A stretch of 64,000 bases of DNA from Holosporales bacterium (GTDB lineage: Bacteria > Pseudomonadota > Alphaproteobacteria > JAJTHO01), in NCBI GenBank assembly GCA_046338525.1, contig JBKDWF010000022.1, positions 3,304 through 67,303 of the forward strand. Reading direction: 5' to 3'. Shown piece after piece: positions 52,631-61,173 of the stretch (within the stretch, counting starts at the first letter, position 1; each line of letters starts with the position of its first letter). Position numbers and translations under genes: made by a program. The notes beneath the pieces are model-generated. The model was not told where the DNA came from and made no database searches. It saw nothing but the letters and a program-made list of their open reading frames with translations.

Positions 52631-54010
52631 ATGCCCCTTGTTTTCCCCCCCGATACCGGGCCGCTGGCGTACAACGCCCTGCCCGGCTCTAATGTTGGTT
52701 TGAGCTGGCACAACGTCCAGCGCAAGCGTTTGAAAAAATTCGCCACGCAATACATGGCCGAGGACAGTAAGGCCGTGGTGACCTTGCGTAGTCAGGGCGA
52801 GCCAGACACCAGCATTGATGCGGTGCAAGCGACGCGGGCCGGGTTTACCGAGCTGCGGGTGCGCCTGCCGGTGCTCAGCCAGTATTACCGCTATACCATG
52901 CTGCACGGCGGCGGCGGTGACGCGGCGGTGCTGAGCAAGATTAAGACGTTATGTCTGGCCTGGGTGGATAAGAACCAGCCGACAGGCAAGCCCATTGATG
53001 AGACGAATTTTGAGGGCTTGCTGCGGGTGCTCAAAGCCCGGTGGAACGATTTTTCGGCCGTAGAGCAAACCCGGATTACCGCTTGGCTCAACGCCCTGAA
53101 AGCGGAGCGGGAGGCGTGGACGTTTCCCCCCGCCCCCAATGAAGGCCGGTTGCTGTACACCAACCACTACACGCATCATTACAAGATATTGCTTTTTGTG
53201 TACGATCTCTTGAATCTCGTCACATCGTATACTACTTTAATTTCAACTATTCAGAGCTTTGCAACACAAAATTTTCCGTTCGGAAACGTAACAATCATTA
53301 CGCCGCAAGCCTATGCCGTGACAGGCGCGGATTCAGTCACAAAACGCTTCGATATTAATGGAAATTTCCTGAGCCGTTTTCCGGCCACGGTGACGTTTAC
53401 GATTACGGGCAATACGCAGGGGAATAACGGCACCTATACCGTTGCCAGTGCTCAGTTTTTATCGGCTTCCAACAAGACGCGCATTTTTACCGTGGAGAAT
53501 GTCCCCGGTGTGGGCGGAAACGGCACGTTGACGGAGCTGTTTAGCGATCTGGTGCACGATATTCCTCGCCCTACGGTGAGTGCCGGGGAAAGCATTGACT
53601 ACGTCAAGCGTGATGCCCTTCATTATCAGCAGTATACGCTGGAGCCGTGGCTGGAAATTGCCCTTCAGGTCGGCGGCACGACGTTGCAGAGCGTGGTGCA
53701 GCAAGGGTTTGACTTCCTGGCGAACGCCATACTTGTTCCGGAATCAAAACGTTACGAATTTGTTAACTCTACGGTTCCTTTTGACGCGGTGCGCTGGCAA
53801 ACGTCGCAACCCCTGTATTTACAGCCAACCGCGATGTATCGCCCTGATGATATCGCGCGGTGCGTGTTGGCCTATGATTATTACCGAAGGTTAACGAATC
53901 CGGCTTTTGCCTTGGACGAACGGTTGTACGCATTGGCCATCCGGTCGGAGCGCTTGCCGTCCTCATGGCCGCAGTATTTCCGCTGGGTGTTTGGCGGGTT
54001 GTACGGGTAA
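52631..54010 (+). CDS. Hypothetical protein, no signal peptide; possible alpha/alpha-toroid polysaccharide-lyase-like fold (weak)
   Basis: 459 aa. 'RLLYTNHYTHHYKILLFVYDLL' resembles the NNH-S-Y-W catalytic motif context of alginate lyase / heparinase II-III-like lyases. A beta-rich Asn/Thr/Gly insert spans residues ~230-320. Divergent from the methyltransferase across a ~100-bp AT-rich promoter region. Confidence 0.4.
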   Translation: MPLVFPPDTGPLAYNALPGSNVGLSWHNVQRKRLKKFATQYMAEDSKAVVTLRSQGEPDTSIDAVQATRAGFTELRVRLPVLSQYYRYTMLHGGGGDAAVLSKIKTLCLAWVDKNQPTGKPIDETNFEGLLRVLKARWNDFSAVEQTRITAWLNALKAEREAWTFPPAPNEGRLLYTNHYTHHYKILLFVYDLLNLVTSYTTLISTIQSFATQNFPFGNVTIITPQAYAVTGADSVTKRFDINGNFLSRFPATVTFTITGNTQGNNGTYTVASAQFLSASNKTRIFTVENVPGVGGNGTLTELFSDLVHDIPRPTVSAGESIDYVKRDALHYQQYTLEPWLEIALQVGGTTLQSVVQQGFDFLANAILVPESKRYEFVNSTVPFDAVRWQTSQPLYLQPTAMYRPDDIARCVLAYDYYRRLTNPAFALDERLYALAIRSERLPSSWPQYFRWVFGGLYG

Positions 54011-54070
54011 AGAAAAAGGCGGGAGAAATTCCCCCGCCCTTTCCTGACGTATAACAAGGATGCTTGTGGA

Positions 54071-55726
<1,656 letters not shown>

Positions 55727-55751
55727 CTATATTCCTTATAATGGGTTAAAA

Positions 55752-56066
55752 TTAAGCGGCTTTTTTCTTGATGGATTGGCCATCAATGATGCCGAGCACA
55801 TCAGATTCTTTCATGATGATGAGGTCTTCCCCATCGATCTTGACTTCCGTGCCGGACCACTTGCCGAACAAAATCACGTCGCCGGCTTTCACGTCCAGCG
55901 GAACGATTTTGCCGCTATCGTCGCGGGCACCGGCACCAACGGCGATGACTTCGCCTTGCTGCGGCTTTTCTTTAGCAGTATCCGGAATAATAATCCCGCC
56001 AGCGGTTTTTTCGTCTGATTCCAGACGGCGTACCAGCACGCGGTCGTGAAGGGGTCGAAAGCCCAT
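55752..56066 (-). CDS. groES: Co-chaperonin GroES (Hsp10)
   Basis: 104 aa beginning '[44 protein letters not shown]'. Confidence 0.95.
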   Translation of the reverse strand: MGFRPLHDRVLVRRLESDEKTAGGIIIPDTAKEKPQQGEVIAVGAGARDDSGKIVPLDVKAGDVILFGKWSGTEVKIDGEDLIIMKESDVLGIIDGQSIKKKAA

Positions 56067-56115
56067 GATGATCCTCTTTGCTTTGAAAGTAAGGGTTTAT
56101 TCCGTTGCATGAGCG

Positions 56116-56143
56116 TTTAGCACTCACGCTTCAGGAGTGCTAT
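56116..56143 (-). promoter_or_regulatory. CIRCE element (HrcA operator) upstream of groES
   Basis: 'ttagcactc-acgcttcag-gagtgctat' matches CIRCE TTAGCACTC-N9-GAGTGCTAA with one mismatch, about 50 nt upstream of the groES start. Confidence 0.8.
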
Positions 56144-56281
56144 GGATGTAGGGAGGGGGGATGGGTTTGTCAAGGGTTGGTCTTGGAGAAGTTGCAGGAA
56201 TGAAGCGACACAGAGAAAAAATGAGAGGCAGAATCTATCCCAAAACAAGATCGCGCTCTGCCTCCGGTGAGGACAATATTC

Positions 56282-56662
56282 TTATTTCATTGAATTAAGA
56301 CCGAACATATTACCTTCGCTATCGACACAAACCGATACCCATCCGAATTCTCCGACAGAGAATTTTGTTCTGATGACGTTGCCGCCGGCGGGAACGATCC
56401 GGGCTTCTTCTGCGGAACAATCTTCTACGTTAAAATAGACTACTGTTCCCCCTACCCCGGGGCTGCTGTGTTCCGATTTTACGAGTGCGCCAGCGGCACC
56501 GTAGGCTCCCATATCTCCGGGGAAGCTCATCATTTGCGTTTCCCCTGTGGGATCACTGATTTTTTCCAGCTTTTTTTTGAACACGGCCTCATAAAAGGCG
56601 ACGGCCCGGTTCATGTCATTAACATAAATGTCAAACCATCCGATTGCGTTGAGCTTTGCCAT
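56282..56662 (-). CDS. VOC/glyoxalase-bleomycin resistance family protein
   Basis: 126 aa with a glyoxalase-fold pattern ('FYEAVFKKK...', 'GGTVVYFNVEDCS'). Contains an A8/T8 homopolymer. Confidence 0.6.
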   Translation of the reverse strand: MAKLNAIGWFDIYVNDMNRAVAFYEAVFKKKLEKISDPTGETQMMSFPGDMGAYGAAGALVKSEHSSPGVGGTVVYFNVEDCSAEEARIVPAGGNVIRTKFSVGEFGWVSVCVDSEGNMFGLNSMK

Positions 56663-56732
56663 AAAACTATCCTCCTATTGTGGTTCAGGCGGGAACAGGA
56701 TAACCTGTATTGCATGTTGAGTATTGTATAAA

Positions 56733-57473
56733 TCAGACATCAAATTTTTTGGAGTATTTTGTTGGTGTATAGCTGGTAATCTTGCGAAACGAGTGAATAA
56801 AGTGTGACTGATCAGCATAATGGCAAGCGTGTTCTTGTTTGAAGGAGTGTTGTATTCGTAACACCTTGAGGAAGTCATGCGGGGAAAATCCAGTTGTTTT
56901 TTTGAGGATTCTCTGTAGTTGGCGAGAGGATATACCTGTAATAGTTGCCATATCAGCAACGCTTTGAATATCATCAATATGTGCAAGTATTTTGGCGGTT
57001 ATAGGGTTGGCTTGCACAAGGCCTTTGCTCATCAGTTGTTCAATGAGTTTCGACAAGACGGTGGGTTTGGTCGAATAATCTACGTTGGCAAGCTCTCTAT
57101 TCGTTTGAATGAGTGGGAGACTGTCTGCATAAGGTTGATCGACAAGGCCTTTGATGATTTCCTCAGGGTTGCCTCGCCATACACCGGGCAGTAACTGAAT
57201 GCCAACATAGTGGAATGTTTTGCCCAGATTAAGAGTCTTGGACGTTGTGTGTAGTGCTGTGATTGCGGCTATTTTGATATCTATTTGGTTAAATAAGATA
57301 TTTACACAGGCATCAGGCAAAATGTGATAAAGAAAATCTTCATGTAATGGAGCTTCCGTTTTGAGCTCCCAAAAACAGTGTACCAAGCCAGATAAATTAT
57401 CAGGTGGTTTTGTTTCGGAGTATATTACTGATTTTAATGTTTTTTCTATGCCGTCTTTGACTGGAGTGTACAT
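56733..57473 (-). CDS. AraC-family transcriptional regulator (AT-rich gene)
   Basis: C-terminal HTH 'ILAHIDDIQSVADMATITGISSRQLQRILKKTTGFSPHDFLKVLRIQHS'. The real start is 'MYTPVKDG...' at 57473; the tracked ORF reads through the adjacent tRNA. Confidence 0.75.
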   Translation of the reverse strand: MYTPVKDGIEKTLKSVIYSETKPPDNLSGLVHCFWELKTEAPLHEDFLYHILPDACVNILFNQIDIKIAAITALHTTSKTLNLGKTFHYVGIQLLPGVWRGNPEEIIKGLVDQPYADSLPLIQTNRELANVDYSTKPTVLSKLIEQLMSKGLVQANPITAKILAHIDDIQSVADMATITGISSRQLQRILKKTTGFSPHDFLKVLRIQHSFKQEHACHYADQSHFIHSFRKITSYTPTKYSKKFDV

Positions 57474-57497
57474 GGTTTTTGAGGTTCCTACTGAACT

Positions 57498-57585
57498 TGG
57501 TGCCCCAGGAGGGACTTGAACCCCCACTCCCTTGCAGGAAGCGGATTTTGAGTCCGCCGCGTCTACCGTTCCACCACTGGGGCAC
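57498..57585 (-). tRNA. tRNA-Leu (anticodon CAA), copy 1
   Basis: Reverse complement 'gtgccccagtggtggaacggtagacgcggcggactcaaaatccgcttcctgcaagggagtgggggttcaagtccctcctggggcacca'. Anticodon loop 'ctcaaaa', long variable arm, CCA encoded. Confidence 0.85.
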
Positions 57586-57737
57586 ACCATCAGGAGACAG
57601 ACGATGTCCGCCGCGACGGGCGCGGCTCCCGCCCTTGCCCCAGTATCTAACCCGCCAGTATCTCTTATACCAGAAAAAAATGCATTATTTCATTTTTTTA
57701 AGAAGTGTTACGCTGCGTTTTGGAAACGGCCAGTTGT

Positions 57738-58403
57738 CTAAAACTTGTAGCTCGCTCCGACAGCGAAGAGCAAAGGATTATAATCCACATTGCGTAATTC
57801 GCTTGTTCCACCTTCGCGTTGAAGATTGATGCCATCTACACGGACGTAACGAACGCCTGCATCAAGATCGATATTCTCCGTGATAGAGTAAGATGCCCCC
57901 GCCATCAGTTGATAAGCAATCTCTCCATCCTGACTATAGGATGTTTCAACACCACCAGTATTTAAATCCATATCAATTTCTTCGACGTATCCGATACCAG
58001 CACCTAGATAAGGACGAAATTTAGTTTGCATGACGGGATCAAATGTATACCGACCATTAAGGAAGAAAATACTGGATGAAAAATCGCCATCATTGAAGTT
58101 TTTGCCATCGGAAAATTTATTGGTGGCACCGTTCGTTATATAATCCCAAGCCAGCTCAGCAGAAAGGTTATTGTTATAGTGATAGCCAACAGCGCCGCCA
58201 GCAAGAAATCCAGTGTCATTCTCATTTTTGCCAGTAGCACCAGCAGAGGCAACACCGGTTTGTTGAATCGTCTGGTCGCCTAAAATAGATGTGCCTCCAT
58301 AGAGTTTTGCATACCATTTGCCGCTATCATTGGCGAAAGCGATGCTGGAAAGCGATGCAGAAAATATCATTCCGCTCAATAATAAAAAAGTTTTTCTAAT
58401 CAT
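57738..58403 (-). CDS. Outer-membrane beta-barrel protein (OmpA-like/OmpW-like, OMP_b-brl family)
   Basis: Signal peptide 'MIRKTFLLLSGMIFSASLSSIAFA', alternating amphipathic beta-strands rich in Gly/Tyr/Asn, and a C-terminal '...AVGASYKF' ending in Phe. AT-rich. Confidence 0.75.
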   Translation of the reverse strand: MIRKTFLLLSGMIFSASLSSIAFANDSGKWYAKLYGGTSILGDQTIQQTGVASAGATGKNENDTGFLAGGAVGYHYNNNLSAELAWDYITNGATNKFSDGKNFNDGDFSSSIFFLNGRYTFDPVMQTKFRPYLGAGIGYVEEIDMDLNTGGVETSYSQDGEIAYQLMAGASYSITENIDLDAGVRYVRVDGINLQREGGTSELRNVDYNPLLFAVGASYKF

Positions 58404-58477
58404 ATTGATGTTCCTATAGTAAGTGGTTGTGTATTAAATTCATTGGCTGTAATGAGGACAACCAAATCATGCCTATG

Positions 58478-58509
58478 TAACTGGCTCAATTTATATGAAT
58501 CAACTGGCT
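58478..58509. promoter_or_regulatory. Direct 9-bp repeats 'TAACTGGCT-n14-CAACTGGCT' in the divergent OMP/LytTR promoter region (candidate LytTR operator)
   Basis: Repeats at 58478-58486 and 58501-58509, about 60-90 bp upstream of the LytTR gene start at 58567. LytTR regulators classically bind paired 9-bp direct repeats. Confidence 0.45.
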
Positions 58510-58566
58510 ATGCACGGACGGTGGATTTTATGCACGAAAGGCACAAACGAATAAGAGGCTATAAAA

Positions 58567-59412
58567 ATGATAATAAATGATATTTCAACGAAAAAGTACT
58601 TTTTCTGGTTTGGTGTTATTCTGATCTTTCTATTTACTTTTCTTGAGCCAGCCGGAACGTTAGAAGCTTCTTTTGGGATGCGGCTTCTCATCTGGACGCT
58701 TCAAATCAGTTTTCTGGTGCCATCTCTCATCCTATTTCACATGGTATTACAGCAGAGCTTACTTTTTGATCGGCTGAATGATTGGCTTAAGGTTATATTC
58801 TCTGGCATTATGGGAGCCGTTTTCTTTCTGCCATTTGCTCTTGGTATTGATTATGTAATGGGACTGGATGATTGGTCACAAATTCAAACTTGGACACAAA
58901 CCAAAGAAATTTTTTTCGAAGAAATGGGAGGTATATTTGTCTCTGTCTTACTGATTTGGGCAGGGATGAATGCACCGCGCATATTGCAGCTTAATTTTTC
59001 AAATGCCCTACTGAGTCAACCTGTTGAGACAATCTCGCCTGATGTTACCGCTGATGAAGCAAACGATGTAACATCACCAAGTGAAAGTGAATTTACCGCT
59101 AAATTCTCCAAGCTGATTGGTAAAGACATTATCTACATAGTATCAGAGTTACATTATGTGCGCGTAGTGACATCGAAGGGTGAAACGCTGGTGTTGCATA
59201 ACTTAAAAGATGCGATTGCGGAATTACCATCAGAGTATAGTGGGATTCAAACGCATCGCTCTTATTGGGCGGCTTCCAAGCACATAAAATCAATTCAAGA
59301 CAAAAATGGGCAAACCAGTTTGGTCTTATCCATGGGCAAGATAATTCCTGTGAGCCGCAGGAAACTAGCTGAGGTAAAAGCGTTTTTAGCGAAACAAACT
59401 GAGCGGAGCTAG
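58567..59412 (+). CDS. Membrane-anchored LytTR-family DNA-binding protein (4 predicted TM helices plus C-terminal LytTR domain)
   Basis: 281 aa with N-terminal hydrophobic segments and a C-terminal 'DIIYIVSELHYVRVVTSKGETLVLHNLKDAIAELPSEYSGIQTHRSYWAASKHI' that matches the LytTR domain pattern. AT-rich. Confidence 0.7.
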   Translation: MIINDISTKKYFFWFGVILIFLFTFLEPAGTLEASFGMRLLIWTLQISFLVPSLILFHMVLQQSLLFDRLNDWLKVIFSGIMGAVFFLPFALGIDYVMGLDDWSQIQTWTQTKEIFFEEMGGIFVSVLLIWAGMNAPRILQLNFSNALLSQPVETISPDVTADEANDVTSPSESEFTAKFSKLIGKDIIYIVSELHYVRVVTSKGETLVLHNLKDAIAELPSEYSGIQTHRSYWAASKHIKSIQDKNGQTSLVLSMGKIIPVSRRKLAEVKAFLAKQTERS

Positions 59413-59493
59413 AACACCGCCAAGCTAGAAAGTTCAATCTGCTATAAAATCAGGGTTTTTTTGATCTTTATTAAGTCATTGATTTTTATAATT

Positions 59494-59581
59494 TGGTGCC
59501 CCAGGAGGGACTTGAACCCCCACTCCCTTGCAGGAAGCGGATTTTGAGTCCGCCGCGTCTACCGTTCCACCACTGGGGCAC
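59494..59581 (-). tRNA. tRNA-Leu (anticodon CAA), copy 2 (identical to copy 1)
   Basis: Identical 88 nt. The identity extends through ~105-140 bp including flanks, forming a direct repeat with 57484-57625. Confidence 0.85.
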
Positions 59582-59599
59582 ACCATCAGGAGACAGAGG

Positions 59600-60076
59600 A
59601 TGTACACAGCAAACGCCGCGCCCGGCGTCAAGGGGGTAATTGTCGGGGGGGCAATCGTGGTTGAGGCCGCGAGAACATGGATCGGCCCGCCGTGTCATCT
59701 GGGGGCAGCCGTCAAGGGGGCGGGGGCGGATTGTTATGGTCTGTTGTTAGGCGTATGGCGGGAGGTAACGGGGGGTGAAGTCCCTGCCCCGGCCTGGCAG
59801 TATGGGAGCGATTGGGCGGCACTGCCTGCATTTACAAGTCAATTTAAGGAACATTTGAGCAATATTGCTGTTCCTGTAGAAGATGTTGCGCCGGGGGATA
59901 TTGTTGTGTTTGGCCTTGGGCCTGACAAGTGGCTGCACGGCGGGATTGATCTCGGCGACGGGACGTTCTGCCATGCCTTGGCCGAAGCCCCTGCCCGCGT
60001 ATTAACCAGTCGTTTTGAGGCCAAGCCTTGGGCCGGGCGGGTGGTGGCGCGTTTGCGTTTTTGCGTGATGTTTTAA
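59600..60076 (+). CDS. Phage/GTA-type cell-wall peptidase, NlpC/P60 family
   Basis: 158 aa with 'EAARTWIGPPCHLGAAVKGAGADCYGLLLGVWREVTGGEVPAPAWQYGSDW' and 'GDIVVFGLGPDKWLHGGIDLGDGTFCHA'. Matches the ~140-aa phage cell-wall peptidase pattern (Cys in 'DCYGL', downstream His). GC-rich. The tracked ORF start at 59528 lies inside the tRNA. Confidence 0.7.
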   Translation: MYTANAAPGVKGVIVGGAIVVEAARTWIGPPCHLGAAVKGAGADCYGLLLGVWREVTGGEVPAPAWQYGSDWAALPAFTSQFKEHLSNIAVPVEDVAPGDIVVFGLGPDKWLHGGIDLGDGTFCHALAEAPARVLTSRFEAKPWAGRVVARLRFCVMF

Positions 60077-60098
60077 AAAAATGTGATATAGTGCACAT

Positions 60099-61154
60099 AT
60101 GCAACAAGCCCTTCTCGCGCAGCAGTCTTTCCCCGGAGCCGCCGATTGGCTTGATCCCATTAGTGATTCCAGATTTTTTCGCGGATTAACAATGTTTGAT
60201 GTGGCGGTGGTTCGGGGTAGTGGTGCGGCAACAGAACAGAAAAAATCTTTGCCATTACGGTGGCGTCGGTCTTTGGAGGAGATTTCATTGGGTAGCATGA
60301 CGCTGGCTGAGGAGGCTATACCACCATCCTTACCTGTTCCAAAAAATGTTTGCATGGTTGCCCAGAGCCTGCGGCGACAGCCGTTGGTGAAGCGATCCTC
60401 ACCTGCCTATATTCCTAATCCCAAGGGGTTTTTCTGCCTCCCTCCCATGTTGAGCCCCAATTTAGAGGAGCGTACTCTTTCCCCGGCGGAAATGGTGGCG
60501 GCTCAAATTGCTTTGGCTATGGAATATCGTGAGCAACAGCGGCGACAGCGGGTACAAGGATTGCGACAGCGGCTTTTTCATGCTTCTGAAAACAGTTCAG
60601 TGGTGGCAGAACCGCCACCGTTAGCCATGCCGGCGTTTGTTCCCCATGCGCCACAGTATCAGCCAATCGTGGCCAATGATGAGGTTGCAGATTTAGTGGA
60701 GAACATGCAGGAATTAATGCAGGCCACCTATCAACAAATCATTCATCCAGAGCCACGCAGTATTACCATTGAGGAACTATCACCAACGGCATTGCAGCGA
60801 ATGCTGGCCGATACAATGGCGGTATCCTCCGAGGCAGTACCCGAGGCGGTACCTGAAATTATTTACAATGAAGTCGATACGGAAGAAGAGTTGACAGAGG
60901 AAGATGACCCCGTGTCAGAGGCCGAACCACTGGAATGGCATCCTTCGACGGACGGCGGTATGTTAATGGTTCTTGGGGATTTTGATCCGCAGACGGATCG
61001 GCTTGTGTGCCACACAGAGGGGATGGCCTACACGCTACGGCATCGCTTAGGGATTGTGACGCTGCGTTTTGCGAATGGTGACACCATTCGCTTTAGTCAT
61101 CCGGAGATAGTGCTTAAAAAAAATGATGTTTCAAAGGTTGTGAATTTTATATAG
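60099..61154 (+). CDS. Hypothetical acidic, proline-rich protein with a small C-terminal beta domain
   Basis: 351 aa with low-complexity Pro/Glu/Ala-rich segments ('SEAVPEAVPEII', 'TEEELTEEDDPVSEAEP'), no TM helix and no signal peptide. Preceded by the imperfect palindrome 'atgtgatatagtgcacat'. Confidence 0.5.
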   Translation: MQQALLAQQSFPGAADWLDPISDSRFFRGLTMFDVAVVRGSGAATEQKKSLPLRWRRSLEEISLGSMTLAEEAIPPSLPVPKNVCMVAQSLRRQPLVKRSSPAYIPNPKGFFCLPPMLSPNLEERTLSPAEMVAAQIALAMEYREQQRRQRVQGLRQRLFHASENSSVVAEPPPLAMPAFVPHAPQYQPIVANDEVADLVENMQELMQATYQQIIHPEPRSITIEELSPTALQRMLADTMAVSSEAVPEAVPEIIYNEVDTEEELTEEDDPVSEAEPLEWHPSTDGGMLMVLGDFDPQTDRLVCHTEGMAYTLRHRLGIVTLRFANGDTIRFSHPEIVLKKNDVSKVVNFI

Positions 61155-61173
61155 AAAAAACAAAGAAATTCCT

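Noticed and set aside
56280-61154. Intact prophage or integrative element at tRNA-Leu(CAA)
   Set aside because: No integrase, recombinase, capsid, portal or terminase genes. Only an orphan phage-type NlpC/P60 peptidase and a small AT-rich cassette are present.
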